Shown: positions 33,601-48,400 of the stretch, one piece after another | How positions within the stretch are numbered: position 1 is the stretch's first letter | Layout of the letters: each line of letters begins with the position of its first letter | Origin: Azolla caroliniana | Taxonomy: Eukaryota > Plantae > Polypodiophyta | Assembly (NCBI GenBank): GCA_043228905.1 | Contig: JBHGNT010000010.1 | Coordinates: 18,166,001 to 18,230,000, forward strand | Length of the DNA: 64,000 bases | Direction: 5' to 3' | The notes under the pieces: model-generated | What the model was told of the DNA's origin: nothing | Database searches by the model: none | The model's input: only the letters and a program-made list of their open reading frames with translations | Translations under genes and position numbers: made by a program

Positions 33601-33943
33601 TTGACTTGACCAATGGCAACATGATCACCTTGCACCGAGTTTGGCATGTACCTGATCTGAAAAGGACTCTAAGTGAGTCGGTATGGATGATTAGCTAAGG
33701 AAACCTAAAGATAGGAGGCAGGCACAAGTACAATAACTTGTACCCAATGATGGCGATCAATCCAAAAGGGGTCGTGAACGTAGCCGAAAAGACTGGCCTA
33801 AACCTATGGCATGGCAGACTTGGCCGTATGTCACAAGCCAGACTTGATCGGCTGATGGCGGTCGGCTACATCCCTAAAATCCAAGCAAAGACAGACTTCT
33901 GTGAGCATTGTCAATACGGGAAACAGACCCGAAGTCTGCATGT

Positions 33944-35041
33944 TGTCGTGAAGATTTTCGATAACGGTGTGAAAATTGCATGGAATGTACAAAATCGAGT
34001 GTGGTTCTTCACACACAATATCAAACAATAATAGTAAAGATATTATTTTATATTATTTTAATATCTTGGTACGAAAAGATGAATGTCTTCAAGAGCTTCC
34101 GAATGCGTTTTATTACATGTGAAACAGACAACTTAGTGTCAAGTTATGTGGGTGTCAAGTTTGAGAAGAAGAAAAGGAAAACAAAACTGTGAGATATCCC
34201 ACATAGGTAGGACATCATCAAGATTCAAGATTATATAAGTAGAGCCATATCTCTTTATATTTTTTCTATGTTTTAGGAGCACAAAAAGGTTGGGTTGTAT
34301 AACTTGGACGAATTGATGCGACCAAGTTGTTCAAAATTGTTTTAGAGAACTGGAACCGGAACAGACGGCAACAGAACCCGAAACGGAACCAGAACCGGGA
34401 CAGACAGACAGACGAAACCGGAACCAGAATGCCACGTTGAGTGGTGGTGAAGAAAGAAGAGCAAGTGATGTTGATGACCGAATTCCAAAGAGTCCTTGGG
34501 CGGGTCATAGAGGAACATGGGCGACGTTCGAAAAGTTGAAGAAGAAGTATTGGTGGCCAACCATGTACAAATATGTACTCCATTTCGAAGAAAGAAGAGC
34601 AAGTGAGGCTGATGACCGAATTCCACAAGAGTCCTTGGGCGGGTCATAGAGGAACATGGGCGACATTCGAAAAGTTGAAGAAGAAGTACTGGTGGCCAAA
34701 CATGTAAAAATATGTACTCCATTTCGTGTCCACATGTGAAACTTGCTAAGTACATTTGAACATACGTTATCGTGATGAGTTACGGCCAACATACACGCTC
34801 ACCATACACTTCAAATGGATGGTGGATCTGGTCTCAACGCCAATGGGAGTGGGACAAATGAAGTACTTAGTACTGGCAAGAGAAGACCTAACAAATCAAG
34901 TGGAAGGACGGGCCTTGGCAAATAAGATGACGTCAGCTATTTGTAAATTTCTACTCGAAGAGGTCTTCAACCCTCGCGCTCTAATACCATGTGAAAGCGT
35001 ATGTGCGGAAGCGTAAGACAACAGCTTGGCTACGTAGCAAC

Positions 35042-35088
<47 letters not shown>

Positions 35089-36831
35089 ATAGTACACAGA
35101 ATACAGAGAGTACTCGGGAGAGACAGAGAGAGATAGAACGTTCAAATTCTCTTATAAAACAATAATAGTTCTCTGTAAATGAAACGTACTCAACAACACT
35201 ATTTATACAAGTCCTGAGAGGACCGACAGAAGTACCGCGTACTTCAATGCTCACTCGAGCGTCTGGCACTGACTACGAGACTATTAACTCCCTAGTTGTC
35301 TAGCTGCTACTAGGCTTCCGGTTACTGATGGATCCGGCTAACCGGCTCCCCAGCTCACCGGCTCATCCTTCTGGATGCCGATCCAGCTCAGGCTTATTCA
35401 ACCGATCCAGATCCGGTTGAGCTTGCCGCTCAACATTGGTCTACGATAGCAGCCTTGACAATCAACACAAGACAACAAGAAAGTTCGCAAGAAGATGGTT
35501 CGAACCATATGTGGTGACAAGTGCCAACGACAATGCCACATACCACCTTGCGGAGCTAGATGGATCAAGGTTGACCATACCCATTGCGAGAAAAAGAGTA
35601 AAGATTTTCAAGAAAAGACAAGATAAGGATCCTGACCTCGATCACCTCGACGATGAAGATAGTAGGACTAAACCTACAGACTTGAGTTATGTAAACGAGG
35701 ACATGGAGGAATCGGATTAATCACCATAGTTGAAATCTCACACTCTCTCTTCTTGGCACGTATCAGAGGACGTGCGGTTTAGTGGGGATGGATGTCGTGA
35801 AGATTTTCGGCAACGGTGTGAAAATTGTATGGAATGTACAAAATCGAGTGTGGTTCTTCACACACAATATCAAACAATAATAGTAAAGATATTATTTTAT
35901 ATTATTTTAATATCTTGGTACGAAAAGATGAATGTCTTCAAGAGCTTTCGAATGCATTTCACTACATGTGAAACTGTGAGATATCCCACATAGATGAGAC
36001 ACCATCAGGAATCAAGAGTATAGAAGTAGAGCCATATATCTTTATATTTCATCTATGTGTTGGGAGCACAAAAAGGTTGGGTTGTATAACTTGGACGAAT
36101 GGATGTGGCCAAGTTGTTCAAAATGGATTTGGAGAACCGGAATTGGAAAGGACGGCGGCGGAACCGGAAGGGACAACGACATAACCGGATCAGATGCGGA
36201 TCAAACCAGTCGGGACGGATTGGACCTATTGAGACCAGACAGACAGATCGATCAGGTCGGTCGGATAGGTTGATCGCGACGCGCAGTCTCTTAAAGATTT
36301 TCGGTGTGAAACGAAAAAGCCAAGTCATTTCTTTAAGTTATATTTTTAACATTATACTTTCACATGTACATTCTCATACATGGGAGCTTTAATGAGTGAC
36401 ATGGTTATCATGCAACACATGTAATGCATGAGCGCCAAATGGCAAACATGCATCTCATGCATTTTATGCATTACATGCATGTCTTGCACCCTCTCATGCA
36501 TCATATGCATGGGAGCATCTATAAAAGAGTGGATGAAGAAAAAAAACGAGTTATGTATTAATCAAGAATTTAATAAGAAGAAAATTCGTTATCCAATTGA
36601 TGGTATATCTTGTTCCTCAAATCTAAAGTCAAGGGTTCAATCTTAATCTCTCTCCATTTCAATCTCTCTCAATCTAAAGTCAAGCGTTCTATCTTATCTC
36701 AATCTCTCTCTCTCTTTCAATCTATCTTAAATACTTTCTCGCTAAAGTTAGTGCAAACTTCGAATCCTTCCGGTCCAGGACCCCGGCGGTTCCGCCTCAC
36801 GATCCGCACATAGTGACGGATTTTCACGACA
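33944..36831 (+). mobile_element. Internally deleted Trp-family gypsy (type 2 LTR) inserted in H
   Basis: Truncated 5' LTR from 33944; integrase pieces homologous to A (SPWAGHRGTWATFEKLK, VYDSSLDNQH) with ~138-bp duplication 34449-34726; PPT; 3' LTR 35793-36831; flanks ATGT/ACGC. Confidence 0.88.
34961..35435 (-). mobile_element. Copia E-family LTR (34990-35435) plus PBS remnant
   Basis: Near copy of 30857-31297, including the same variant PBS GCTCTAATACCA. Confidence 0.9.
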
Positions 36832-38285
36832 ACGCTCTCCACTACGAGATGGTACGACAACCCCTAGAGCTCGTGTACACAGATATATGTGGCCCCATGC
36901 TAGAGTGATCACTAGGAGGTTCCCGATACTTCATCACCTTTGTAGATGGTTGTACACGGAAGTTCTGCGCCTACTCCATCAGGTCCAAAGATGAAGCGCT
37001 CAAGGTCTTCACTCGATGGACATCTAAAGTGGAGAACCGGTCGGGACACAGAGTGAAGATACTCTGATCCGACAACGGAGGCAAATATACCTCCAGAGCC
37101 TTCAAGAAATACATGTCTAACAAAGGGATCCGGCATCAAAAGACCGTTCCTTACACACCCATGCAGAATGGAGTGGCAGAATGGATCAACTGAACGATCC
37201 AGGAGAGGGTGACGGCAATGCGCCAACAAGTTGGACTGAAGTTGGAATTCTGGGCTGAGGCATTGCAGACGACAATATACTTGGTATATCTATCACTATC
37301 GAAGGCAATCAGGTTCGAAGTGCCACAGGCACTATGCTCAGGCAAGCAGCCAACCTACGATAGGCTTCGTGTATTCAGATGCGAAGCCTACGTGTTCATC
37401 CCCAGGGAGAAAAGGACCAAGTTGGCACCCCATGCAACAAAATGCATATTTCTCGGTTACGGAACCAATGGGGACTTTGGCTACCGGCTATGGGACCCTA
37501 AGAACCGGAAACTAATCAGGAGCAATGACGTAGTCTTCAATGAAGATTCTATCCTCTCAGGAGAACCAACAGAAAATAGTTGGTAAAAATGTATCCTTCA
37601 AAGACGACAGAGACGTCGTAGAAGGACCAACCCACCAGGCCGACTCAGAGATTCGACAAACAGTCAAACTCGACCAAGCCGACAACATACCTGCCGACTC
37701 CAAATCGGTAGGAAGTCCACTAGCCGAACTCGAAGACAAATACATCAAAGACATAGCCGATTCAACAAGAGTCGAAGAAGGCAAAGTCAACAAGATGCGA
37801 TTAGGAAACAGAACCGAGTCAACAAAGTCCATTGGGGAGGACAATGTGACACCACCGAAATCTCGACTTGGGGGCGGGTCAGCTAACAACACTTCTGACA
37901 CAAATGGTTCAACAAAGACTAATCGCCCAACAGAGCCGATCGAAGAATCCGAACCACTTATCTCGGCACCCAAGAGATCTTGACGAGCTCGAAGACCAAC
38001 TGATTTTTTTCAACCAGGCCTCGACTACGTCAACTACACCGATGCAGGCGAACCAAGCACTTATGAAGAAGCTATGATCTCAACAGATGCCGAAACATGG
38101 CTCCAAGCCATGAAATCCAAAATGGACTGAATTCACAAGAATCAGACATGGGAGCTGGTCGAATTACCAGTAGGAAGAAAGCCGCTACCTTGCAAATGGG
38201 TTTTGCAATACAAATATGTATCTGACTCAGAGAAACCCAAGTACAAAGCTCGGCTTGTCGCGAAAGGGTTCAAACAAGAACATGG

Positions 38286-41200
38286 TGAGAGGAATAATGA
38301 GGAATATTGCTTGGCCCCAACCGAGTCTTGAACACTTCTTCTAGAATGAAACACAGAAATGGGAAGTCAAGAGTACACAAAGGAAATACATAGGATGTTT
38401 ATGTGGAAAACCCTAAATGGGAAAAACCACGGGAGCCTAGGGACTCCAACTATCACTATATGAGAAAGGTACAATCAAAGACTCGGAGGTAATGACCTCG
38501 ATCTCTATTTCTTCGCCCAACAACGGTTACAATAGAGTATCGCTCAGTATCTCTCTCCCTCCCCTCTCTCTCTATCACTCTCTATACAACAGTTACAACA
38601 ACTCTCACAACACTATGACCATACATATAAAGTGATTGCCCTAAGTCATATTTATACTTATATGAACTTAGGGCTATTTACAAATATAGCCTCATTGGGC
38701 TTCCTCAAGACATATTTACAAATCTGTTTTCACTTCCGGTTCTCACCAGGTCCACCAATCCGATTTCCGGATCTCTTCCGGTTCTCACCGGGTCTTCTAC
38801 TGTTGCCATATACTCTGCCTCCGTTGTTGACAACACAACCATCTTCTACAGCCTCGACTACCACGAAACAGCTCCCCTTGCATAAGTCATGACATATCCA
38901 GATGTAGACCGACTGGAATTTGCATCAGCCGACATATCTGAATCGGTGAATCCGTCAAGTTGAGGATTACCGGAGCTGAATCGGAGGCACATACTCGAAG
39001 TGCCTTTCAAATACCGGAGCATCCACTCGACCGCGTTCCAGTGCTCTTTGTCAGGATTGCTCATGAACTAGCTCACCACTCCGACTGCATATTCGATGTC
39101 TGGCCGGGTACATACCATCACGTACATTAAGCTACCGACGGTAGAGGCATATGGTATCTTCATCATATCCGTCTTCTTCGCCTTTGTCCTCGGGCTTTGT
39201 TTTTCGGACAGCTTGCAGTTTTCCGAAAGTGTCAATCCGACCGGTTTCGCCTCTGACATGTTGAACCGTTGAAGCACCTTTGTCACATACTTCTCCTGTG
39301 ACAACCACAACAGCTTCTTCGACCGGTCCCGGATGATGTGCATTCCCAATATCTGTCTTGCCGGCCCCAAGTCTTTCATTGAGAAGGTCTGGTTCAGAGC
39401 CTTCTTTAGCATCTGTATCTTGACTTGATCTCGTCCGACGATTAGCATGTCATCCACGTACAGTAGCAGTATCAAGAAGTCTCCTCCGTCGAATTTCTTC
39501 ACAAACACGCAGTGATTGGCTTGCGTTTTGTGGTACCCTTGATCGATCATGAAGGAGTCAAACTTCCGGTACCATTGTCGGGGAGCTTGCTTCAATCCGT
39601 ATAGGCTCTTTATCAGCCAACACACTAGATGCTCCTTCCCTTTCTTCTCAAATCCTTCCGGTTGCTACATGTAGATCTCCTCTTCGAGGTCACCATGGAG
39701 GAACACTGTCTTGACGTCTAGTTGCTCTACCTTGAGGTCCATGCTTGCTGCTATGCCCAATACCGTCTGGATGAATGTGATCTTTACTACCGGGGAAAAG
39801 ATCTCATCAAAGTCCACTCATTTCTTCTGTTGGAAGCCCTTCACCACGATTCGGACCTTATACCTTGGTGGATTTCCGGAATCTCCCGGTTTCAACTTGT
39901 ACACCCACTTGTTCCGTAGTGCTCTCTTCCCTTTCGGCAACTCTGTCAGTTCATATGTGTGGTTCTCATGCAGGGAATCCATCTCGTCCTGCATGGCATT
40001 CAACCACTTGCGGTTGTGGGTGTCTCTCTTTGCTTCTTCGAAGCTTTCCGGGTCCCCCTCATCGATCAGCAACACATGCTCTGTATCCGGAAATCTCCGG
40101 GGGGCTCTTCTCTCCTGGAGAGGGTATCTCCATCTTTGACTTTCGGCAACTAGTTCCGGTTCCGGTTTCCGCTTCCTCTTCTTCTTCTTCGATCAGTTCA
40201 GGTTCTGCTTCGAAACCGGTTGGTTCTTCGAGTGTCAACTGGCTCCCAGCTGGATGGGTCCTCATCTCCTCCAACTGATCCTTACCTGTCAGTCCAGAAT
40301 TCATTATCTTCTTCTCCGACTCCCAGTCGGCAATGGTCTTGTCCTCCATGAAGATAATATCTCAACTCCAAAAAATCGTCCTGTCAACAAGGTCCCACAC
40401 CCGGTAACCGAACTCATCATCGCCTTATCCAAGGAATATGCATGGCCAAGATAATATCTCAACTCCCAATCGGCAATGGTCTTCTCCTCCATGAAGAACT
40501 CCAGAAAACCATCCTGTCGACAAGGTCCCACCCCTTCGACCGACAGTACTCCTCGAACTGCCCCTGGTATTCTCCTCCGTTGTCCGCTTGAACCGCCTTC
40601 AGCTTCCGATCGGTTTCTCTTTCCATTCTCGCGTGGAGTTCCTTGAAGTCGGATAGCACTTGATCCTTTGTCTTCAATGGTGAGACCCACAACTTCCGGC
40701 TATGGTCATCTATGAACGTCATGAAGTACTACGATCCGGCATGTGACTTCGTGTCCACTTGACACACATTGGTATGCACTTGCTCCAGTGGTGCATTCCG
40801 TCTCATCGGTGGTCTTGACTGGAAGGAGGTTTGGTTTTGCTTGCCGGCTAAGCAATCGGTGCACTTCTCAAGATGCACATCCTTCACCGGAATGAGATTG
40901 CCATCAACAAGTCTTTTCATCCCCTTCTCACTCATGTGACACAGTCTTTTGTGCCACAGCTCACTGGTAGTGTCGGATGCTACGTTCACTTCTTCCCAGC
41001 ATATCCGGGCATTCATCAAGTACAATGTGTTGACCTTCCGGGTTCAAGCCACTATTAGGCTCCCCTTGCAGAACTTCATGACTACGTTCCGGATGCTACC
41101 CGTGTAGCCTTCATCGTCTAGCCTACCGACTGATATCAGGTTCAGTCGAACCTCCGGAACATGTCGGACATCCTTCAGCAGCAATTTGCATCTGGTTGAT

Positions 41201-42843
41201 GTCGTCAACAACACATCTCCTGTGCCAATAATTCGGCATGTACCTTCATTCCCCATCCAAACACAACCATGATCACCAACTGTGTAGGATGAGAAGCATT
41301 TCCAATCCGGTGTCAGGTGGAACAACGCTCCGGAATCGACAACCCACATTGTCTCGTCGCCGACAAGGTTTAACTCATTCTCCTCGGTTATGAGCATCAA
41401 TTCCTCTTCACTTGTCACGATTGTCGACGTTCCTTTCCGATCCAGGCCTCTCCGGTCCGAACCGTTTCAATTCGAACTCTTCTTCGAATTGGTGGTGCCG
41501 GTTTCCTTCTCTTTCCAGAAATGTCGATTGTTCTTCTGAAAGTGTCCCAGCTTCCTGCAATAGAAGCACGTGGGCCTTCCCCTTGACTTTGACCTCATCC
41601 CCGATTTGTCCTGGTTTTGGGGACTCCGATACCGGCCTCTTCCCCGGTTGTGATCATCTTCCGTGACCAAGGCCTTTGGATTGGTTCCGGTCTCCCAGTC
41701 CTTCCGGCGAGCTTCTTCATCTAGCAGGCTTAATTTTACCCTTTCTAGGGACAACTGTTTTCCTTCTGGCCCAACATGACAACTAACGTCTCCCAGCTAT
41801 CCGGGAGGGAACCGAGCAGGAGCAATGCGAGCACCTCATCGGCGAGAGGTACTTCCAACGAGGTTGCTTGATGTATTAGCCCTTGGAAGGCATTCATGTG
41901 CTCCGCCATATTGGAGTCGTCTTGGTACCGGAGCCTCACTAGCTTCCGGAATACCGAAACACGGTTAACAGCATTCTTGTTTTGGAACATGATGTCGATC
42001 TTCTCCCAGAGTTGATGAGCCTTACTTTCTTCATTGAAGTTGTTGTACAGGCTCATGTCGATGAAGCACCGGATGTATGTCGTCGTCTTTATGTGCATCA
42101 CCTCCCACACTGTGGCGTCGATCTTATCCAGTCTCTTGTCCCCGAACTGAACCGGCAACCAAAGATCTTTGACCAGCAATAGATCCTTCATCTTCGACTT
42201 CCACACTAAGTAGTTGGAGCCGGTGAGTTTGAACATGCCGCCGAACGATTCTTCCATTTTCTGTGTTGTTCGCTCTGATACCATATTGAGAGGAATAACG
42301 AGGAATATTGCTCGGCCCCAACCGATTCTTGAACACTTCTTCTAGAATGAAACACAGAAATGGGAAGTCAAGAGTACACAAAGGAAATACACAGGATGTT
42401 TACGTGGGAAACCCTAAATGGGAAAAACCATGGGAGCCCATGGACTCCAACTATCACTATATGAGAAAGGTACAATCAGAGACTCAGAGGCAACGACCTT
42501 GAGCTCTGTTTCTTCGCCCAGCAGTAGTTACAACAGAGTATCGCTCAGTATCTCTCTCCCTCCCCTCTCTCTCTGTCACTCTCTGTACAATAGTTACAAC
42601 AACTCTCACAACACTATGACCATACATATAAAGTGATTGCCCTAAGTCATGTTTATACTTATATGAACTTAGGGCTATTTACAAATATAGCCTCATTGGG
42701 CTTCCTCAAGACATATTTACAAATATGTTTTCACTTCCGGTTCTCACCGGGTCCACCGATCCGATTTCCAGATCTCTTCCAGTTCTCACCAGGTCTTCTC
42801 CATTCATAGTCGGATCCCATCCGGAGGGACCGATTACCCAACA
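38286..42843 (-). mobile_element. Element I: Ty1/copia, degenerate, inserted in H RT
   Basis: TSD CATGG; 5' LTR 42287-42843; iMet PBS 42272-42283; gag LLGSLPDSW, CFYCRKLGH, WVVDSGA, ADNGGEY, YVDDML; 3' LTR 38286-~38798 fused to RNase H by deletion. Confidence 0.93.
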
Positions 42844-43109
42844 CATGGGATCGACTACGATGAGATATTCTCACCAGTAATCAAGATGACCACCCTTCGA
42901 CTCTTACTAGGAGTTGTGGTGACAGAAGACCTAGAGCTAGAGTAGCTGGATGTAAAGACGACATTCCTACACCGAGATCTGGAAGAAGACATCTCCATGT
43001 CTCAACCGACAGGCTTCGTGGCGAAAGAGGAGGAAAGCCACCTTGAATGTCGACTGAAGAAAAGTCTCTATGCTTGAAACAAGCACCGAGGACATGGTAC
43101 CAAAAGTTT

Positions 43110-46100
43110 TGTTGAGAAGCAAGCTCAACAAAGGTATGTGATGCTTATTGAGAAATAAGCTATAGTAGCTATTAGCTAATTAACTACTAGTGGACATAAA
43201 GGTGAAACAACTATTTAGCTATGCACAATTATTTAGCTACTATCAACTATTTAGCTACAGACAGCTAATTAGCTGCATATATAAGTCACTTATAACTTAG
43301 GTGAAAAGTGTAGTAAGTAGAAGAAGACTAAGAGTGAGAGTAGTGCAGTGAAAGTTGTAAGAACAGAAAACAGAAAACTAACAAGAGCAAGTTGAGCTCT
43401 ACGTGTAATGCAATAGAAGCTTTTGGACTGTGCAGAGGTAAGTCTCTTTCCCCCTTCCCTTTCTGTCTTGAGCACTAAACGATCCAGCACATCATGATCC
43501 GTTGTGCACACAGAAGAGCCGTCGCCTTCGTAACATGGTATCAGAGCAGAGTTGCTCATAAAGAAGATTAGAACAGTACAGATCTGAGAAAGGTTGTTTC
43601 TCTATTTGCTAATCTAAATAAGAGAGTTGCTTGTTGAAGTAATTGTAGCAAAAGCCCTAATTTTGAAAGAGAAAATGGCTACAAAAAATGGAAGCCAAAT
43701 AGTCACGGAAAAGCTAGATAAAAACAATTTTCCAGCAATTCAGAATGACAAATTTCCTGATGGGAAAAGGATATTGGGATTACATTGAAGGAGACTTAGA
43801 AGAGGCTCCAGAGATCCCAGAAGAAAATGCAACTGCTGCACAGATTAAAGCATTTAAGGAATGGAATCATGGGGCAAGAAAGGTATTGCATTAGCTCTCA
43901 CTTAGCATCTCAGATTCGATGCTTGGACACATACAGGATTATATGCTTCCAAAAGAAGCTTGGGACAATTTGGTAAAACTGTTTGCAGTGAACACAAAGG
44001 CTAGAAAGCGTCAGTTGAAGACTGAGCTAAATACCTTAGAGAAAGGTAAGATGTTAGTGAATGAGTATGCTCTGAAAATAAAGAGCATATGTGAATCACT
44101 TGCTTCTATCAATGTGAAGGTAGAAGATGATGATAAGGTGGAAATATGCTTAAGAGGTTTAGGACCTCGATATAAAAGCTTCAAAACATCTATCCTCACA
44201 AGGGATAGCATCCCAAGTTTTTCGGATCTGGTTTCAATGCTTGTAGTGGAAGAAAGAAATCAGATGGATGATGTAAACAAAGGAAACTCTGAGACTGAGG
44301 GACAAGCCCTCTACAATAGTGCTGGAAGAGGCCGAGGAAGAGGCCATGGAAGATCTGGTTCAGCTAGAACCAACAACAATAGGTTACAAGTGGAAGAAAC
44401 AACATTAGAGGTAGGGGGAGCAATCGAGGTAGAGGTAAGCAAACTCATTTGAATGATGATGGTTGTTGGTATTGTGGAAAACCAAGCCATACACAGGTTG
44501 AGTGCTATAAAAAGCAAAATGATGAAAAAAGAGGAAAGAGACAACAAAATAATTATGCCTCGACTAGTGAAGACTGTGATAAAGATGGTGCATTTGTGAT
44601 GCAACATGAAACAACAACAGTGGCTAAATGTTCACAAAGATGCAATGAAGAGTTTATGTGGTATGTAGATTCTGGGGCATCTAATCATATGACAAGACAT
44701 GCAAACTGGTTTGAAAGTCTAAGAGAACCAGATATTCCTGGCTATGTACAGACAAGTGATAATACTACTCACCAAATAGAGCATGTTGGAGATATCTCAT
44801 TGTGGAAAGAAAAAGGAAAAACAAAGTATATGTTGAATGTTATGCATGTGCCAAACCTTGCAAAAAATCTGATTTCTGTTGGACAGATAGTAGAGCAAGG
44901 AATGCAAGTTAAGTTTAAGCAAAGTGGATGCTTTATAGAGAAACATAGAAAACTTATTGCAAAAGGAAAACGTCAAGGAAGAATGTTTGTGTTAGATGTG
45001 GATATGCCTAAAAAGATTACAGCCATGTTTGCAGAAGGAATGAGTGTAATCTCAGATGTGGAAATGTGGCATAAAAGAATCGGTCACATAAGTATGCAAA
45101 CCTTGAAAAATATGTTCAGGAAAAATGCAGTGGTTGGATGGCCTAAGTTGAAAGATTGTGAGATGAGCAAAATATGTGAAGCATGCCAATATGGAAAGCA
45201 AAACAGGTTGCCTTTTCCTCATGAAAGACATGTAAGCAAAAATTTGTTGGATTTGGTACATACGGATGTATGGGGACCAACAAAAAATGCATCAATTAGT
45301 GGATGTAAGTTTTATGTAACATTTATTGATGATTGCTTAAGGAAAACATGGGTTTACTTCATGAAAGAAAAAAGTGAAGTATTGGTTTGCTTCTGTAAGT
45401 TTAAATGCATGGTAGAAAAGCAGGTCGGAACTAGAATAAAATGTTTAAGATCTTATGGAGGAGGAGAGTACTTCTTCTCAAATGAATTTTCTGATTTTCT
45501 ATGCAATCAAGGAATAAGGAGACATTTTACATGTAGATATACTCCACAACAAAATGGAGTTGCTGAGAGGAAAAACAGAACTTTGGTGAACATAGCGAGG
45601 GCTTTAATGACAGAAAAAAATATGCCATTGTATTACTAGGCAGAAGTTGTAAACACAACAAATTATATTCTAAATAGATGTATAACATCTGGAGTACATG
45701 AAGTAACTCCTGAAGAATATTTCTATGGCAAAAAGCTGAGTTTAGGATACTTAAAAGTGTTTGAATGCCTTACCTATGTTCATGTACCTGTTGAAGTAAG
45801 AAGTAAGCTTGATCCAAAAGCGGAAAAATGTGTTCTTGTTGGATATTTAAAGGAGCAAAAAGGGTATAGATGTTGTAACCCTTTGACAAAAAAGATTATG
45901 GTAAGCCGTGATGTAATATTTGATGAGTTGGGCAGCTGGTACAACCCAAAAGAGAATGTAGAAACTAATGAAGACAGTGAAAATGAAGACAGAGAAAAAT
46001 CTAAAAATGGAAGAGATTGCCATGAAAATGGAAGCAATGTTGGACAGCAAAGTTCAACATCAATGGAATGTACTGGACCATCTGGAAGCTCATGTAGTAA

Positions 46101-48400
46101 ATCTGAATCTAATGCATGGAGTGGAAAAAATGCAAGACACAAAAAATATGATGATAAAAAGGGAAAACAAAAAATGCTAGAATAGGAAATGATTGATGAT
46201 GGGTCTAGAAACATGGAAGATGTAGATTCAGATACATCATTGGATGATGAGCTTGGTATAGGATCCTTGAAAATCTCTAGTATGGAAAAAGCAATGAAGG
46301 ATGCAAATCAAAAACTAAGAAGATCAAATAGAGAGAAAAAGACTGTTGAAAGATTTGGCTATGACACATATATGGCTATGCATTATGCATACATGTCTAA
46401 AGTGGTACAAATCCCTAATCCAAATAGTTTTGATGAAGCAAAATCTAATAAGAAATGGGTGAATGCAATGCAAGAAGAAATAGAGGCATTGGTTGAAAAC
46501 AAAACATGGGATTTGGTAAAGTTATCGAAAGGAAAAAATGTTGTAGGTTGCAAATGGGTCTACAAGACAAAGCATGATTCCAATGGTAATGTTAGTAGAC
46601 ATAAAGCAAGACTTGTGGCAAAGGGATATGCCCAAATGCAAGGTATTGCTTATGATGAAACATTTGCACCGGTTGCAAAAATGGCAACCTTGAGAACACT
46701 ACTTGCTGTGAGTGTAGCCAAAAGATGGGTTTTGCACCATATGGATGTAAATAATGCTTTTTTACATGGTAACTTGGAAGAGGTCAACCACCAGGCTTTG
46801 AAGATAAGAAGCATCCAGAATATGTATGTAGGCTGAAAAAGGCTCTCTATGGATTGAAACAAGCACCAAGGGCATGGCATAAAGAACTTTCAAAATCTCT
46901 GAAAAAACTTGCTTTTAAAATGTCAAAGGTTGATCCATCATTGTATGTAAAAAGGATAAATGATTGCATTGTTGTTATTTTGATTTATGTTGATGATTTA
47001 ATCATTGGCGGTGATTCCATGGATGAAATAAGCAAGCTGAAAAAAAATCTTGAAATGCAATTTCATATGAAAGACTTGGGAGAGTTGAGATACTTTCTTG
47101 GCATTGAGATGATTAGATCTGAAAGTGGTATATATATGTTGCAAAAACAGTATGCAACAACTATTTTGAAGAAGTGTGGTAATCTTGGATGCAAACCTAT
47201 TGGTGTACCACTAGATAAGAACTACAAATTGATGGCTGATTTGGGAGCCAAAAAAGAAGATGTAAACATGTACAAGTCTATGGTGGGCAGCCTCATATAT
47301 TTGACTATAACAAGACCTGATTTGAGTTATGTTGTTGGATTAGTCAGCCAGTTTATGCAACAGCCAACAAAGCCACACTTGGACTACATAAGAAGAATTT
47401 TGAGGTATGTAAAAGCTACTCAAAATTATGGATTGTTTTACATGGTTGATTTGAACATAAAGCTGGAAGGATATAGAGATGTTGATTGGGTTGGAAGCCA
47501 AATTGACAGAAGATCCACAAGTAGATATATGTTTACAATAGGAAGTGCAATTATTTCATGGAGTAGCAAGAAACAAGCTATTGTTGCACTATCAAGTACT
47601 GAAGCTAGATATAGAGGAGCTACAATAGCTACCTGTGAAGAGGTATGGATTAGAATATTGCTTTTTGATTTGGGAGAGTATATAGATGGTGCAGTCACAA
47701 TTTGGTGTGACAATATGAGCAGCATTCAACTGGCAAAAAACCCAGTGTTCCATGCAAGAACAAAGCACATTGAAGTGCATTATCACTTTGTTAGAGAAAA
47801 AGTGATTGATGGAGAAGTGGATATGTTGTATGTAAGTACAAATCAACAAGTGGTTGATATTCTTACGAAGGGATTGAGCATGGAAAAACATACACAATTT
47901 AGAGACATGATGGGAGTTATAACCATCGGCATGGTAGTTGAAAAGCATGAAGAAAAGAAGATTGAACATGACCCCAAGAAAGAATAAGTTGAGCTTGAGG
48001 GGGAGTGTTGAGAAGCAAGCTCAAAAAAGGTATGTGATGCTTATTGAGAAATAAGCTATAGTAGTTATTAGCTAATTAGCTACTAGTGGACATAAAGGTG
48101 AAACAGTTATTTAGCTATGCACAACTATTTAGCTACAAATAGCTAATTAGCTACTGGCAGCTATTTAGCTGCATATATAAGTCACTTATAACGTAGGTAA
48201 AAAGTGTAGTAAGTAGAAGAAGAGTAAGAATGAGAGTAGTGCAGTGAGAGCGAGTTGAGCTCTGTGTGTAATGAAGTAGAAGCTTTTGAATTGTGCGGAG
48301 GTAAGTCTCTTTCCCCCTTCCCTTTCTGTCTTGAGCACTCAACGATCCAACACATCACGATCTGTTGTGCACACAGAAGAGTTGTAGCGCCTTCGTAACA
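43110..48400 (+). mobile_element. Element J: full-length Ty1/copia with several stops and frameshifts, inserted in H RT
   Basis: LTRs 43110-43535 and 48006-48400; PBS TGGTATCAGAGC 43536-43547; PPT 47997-48005; TSD AGTTT/AGTTC. Confidence 0.95.
43675..47987 (+). pseudogene. gag-pol polyprotein of J
   Basis: [65 protein letters not shown]; broken into at least five ORFs. Confidence 0.9.
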
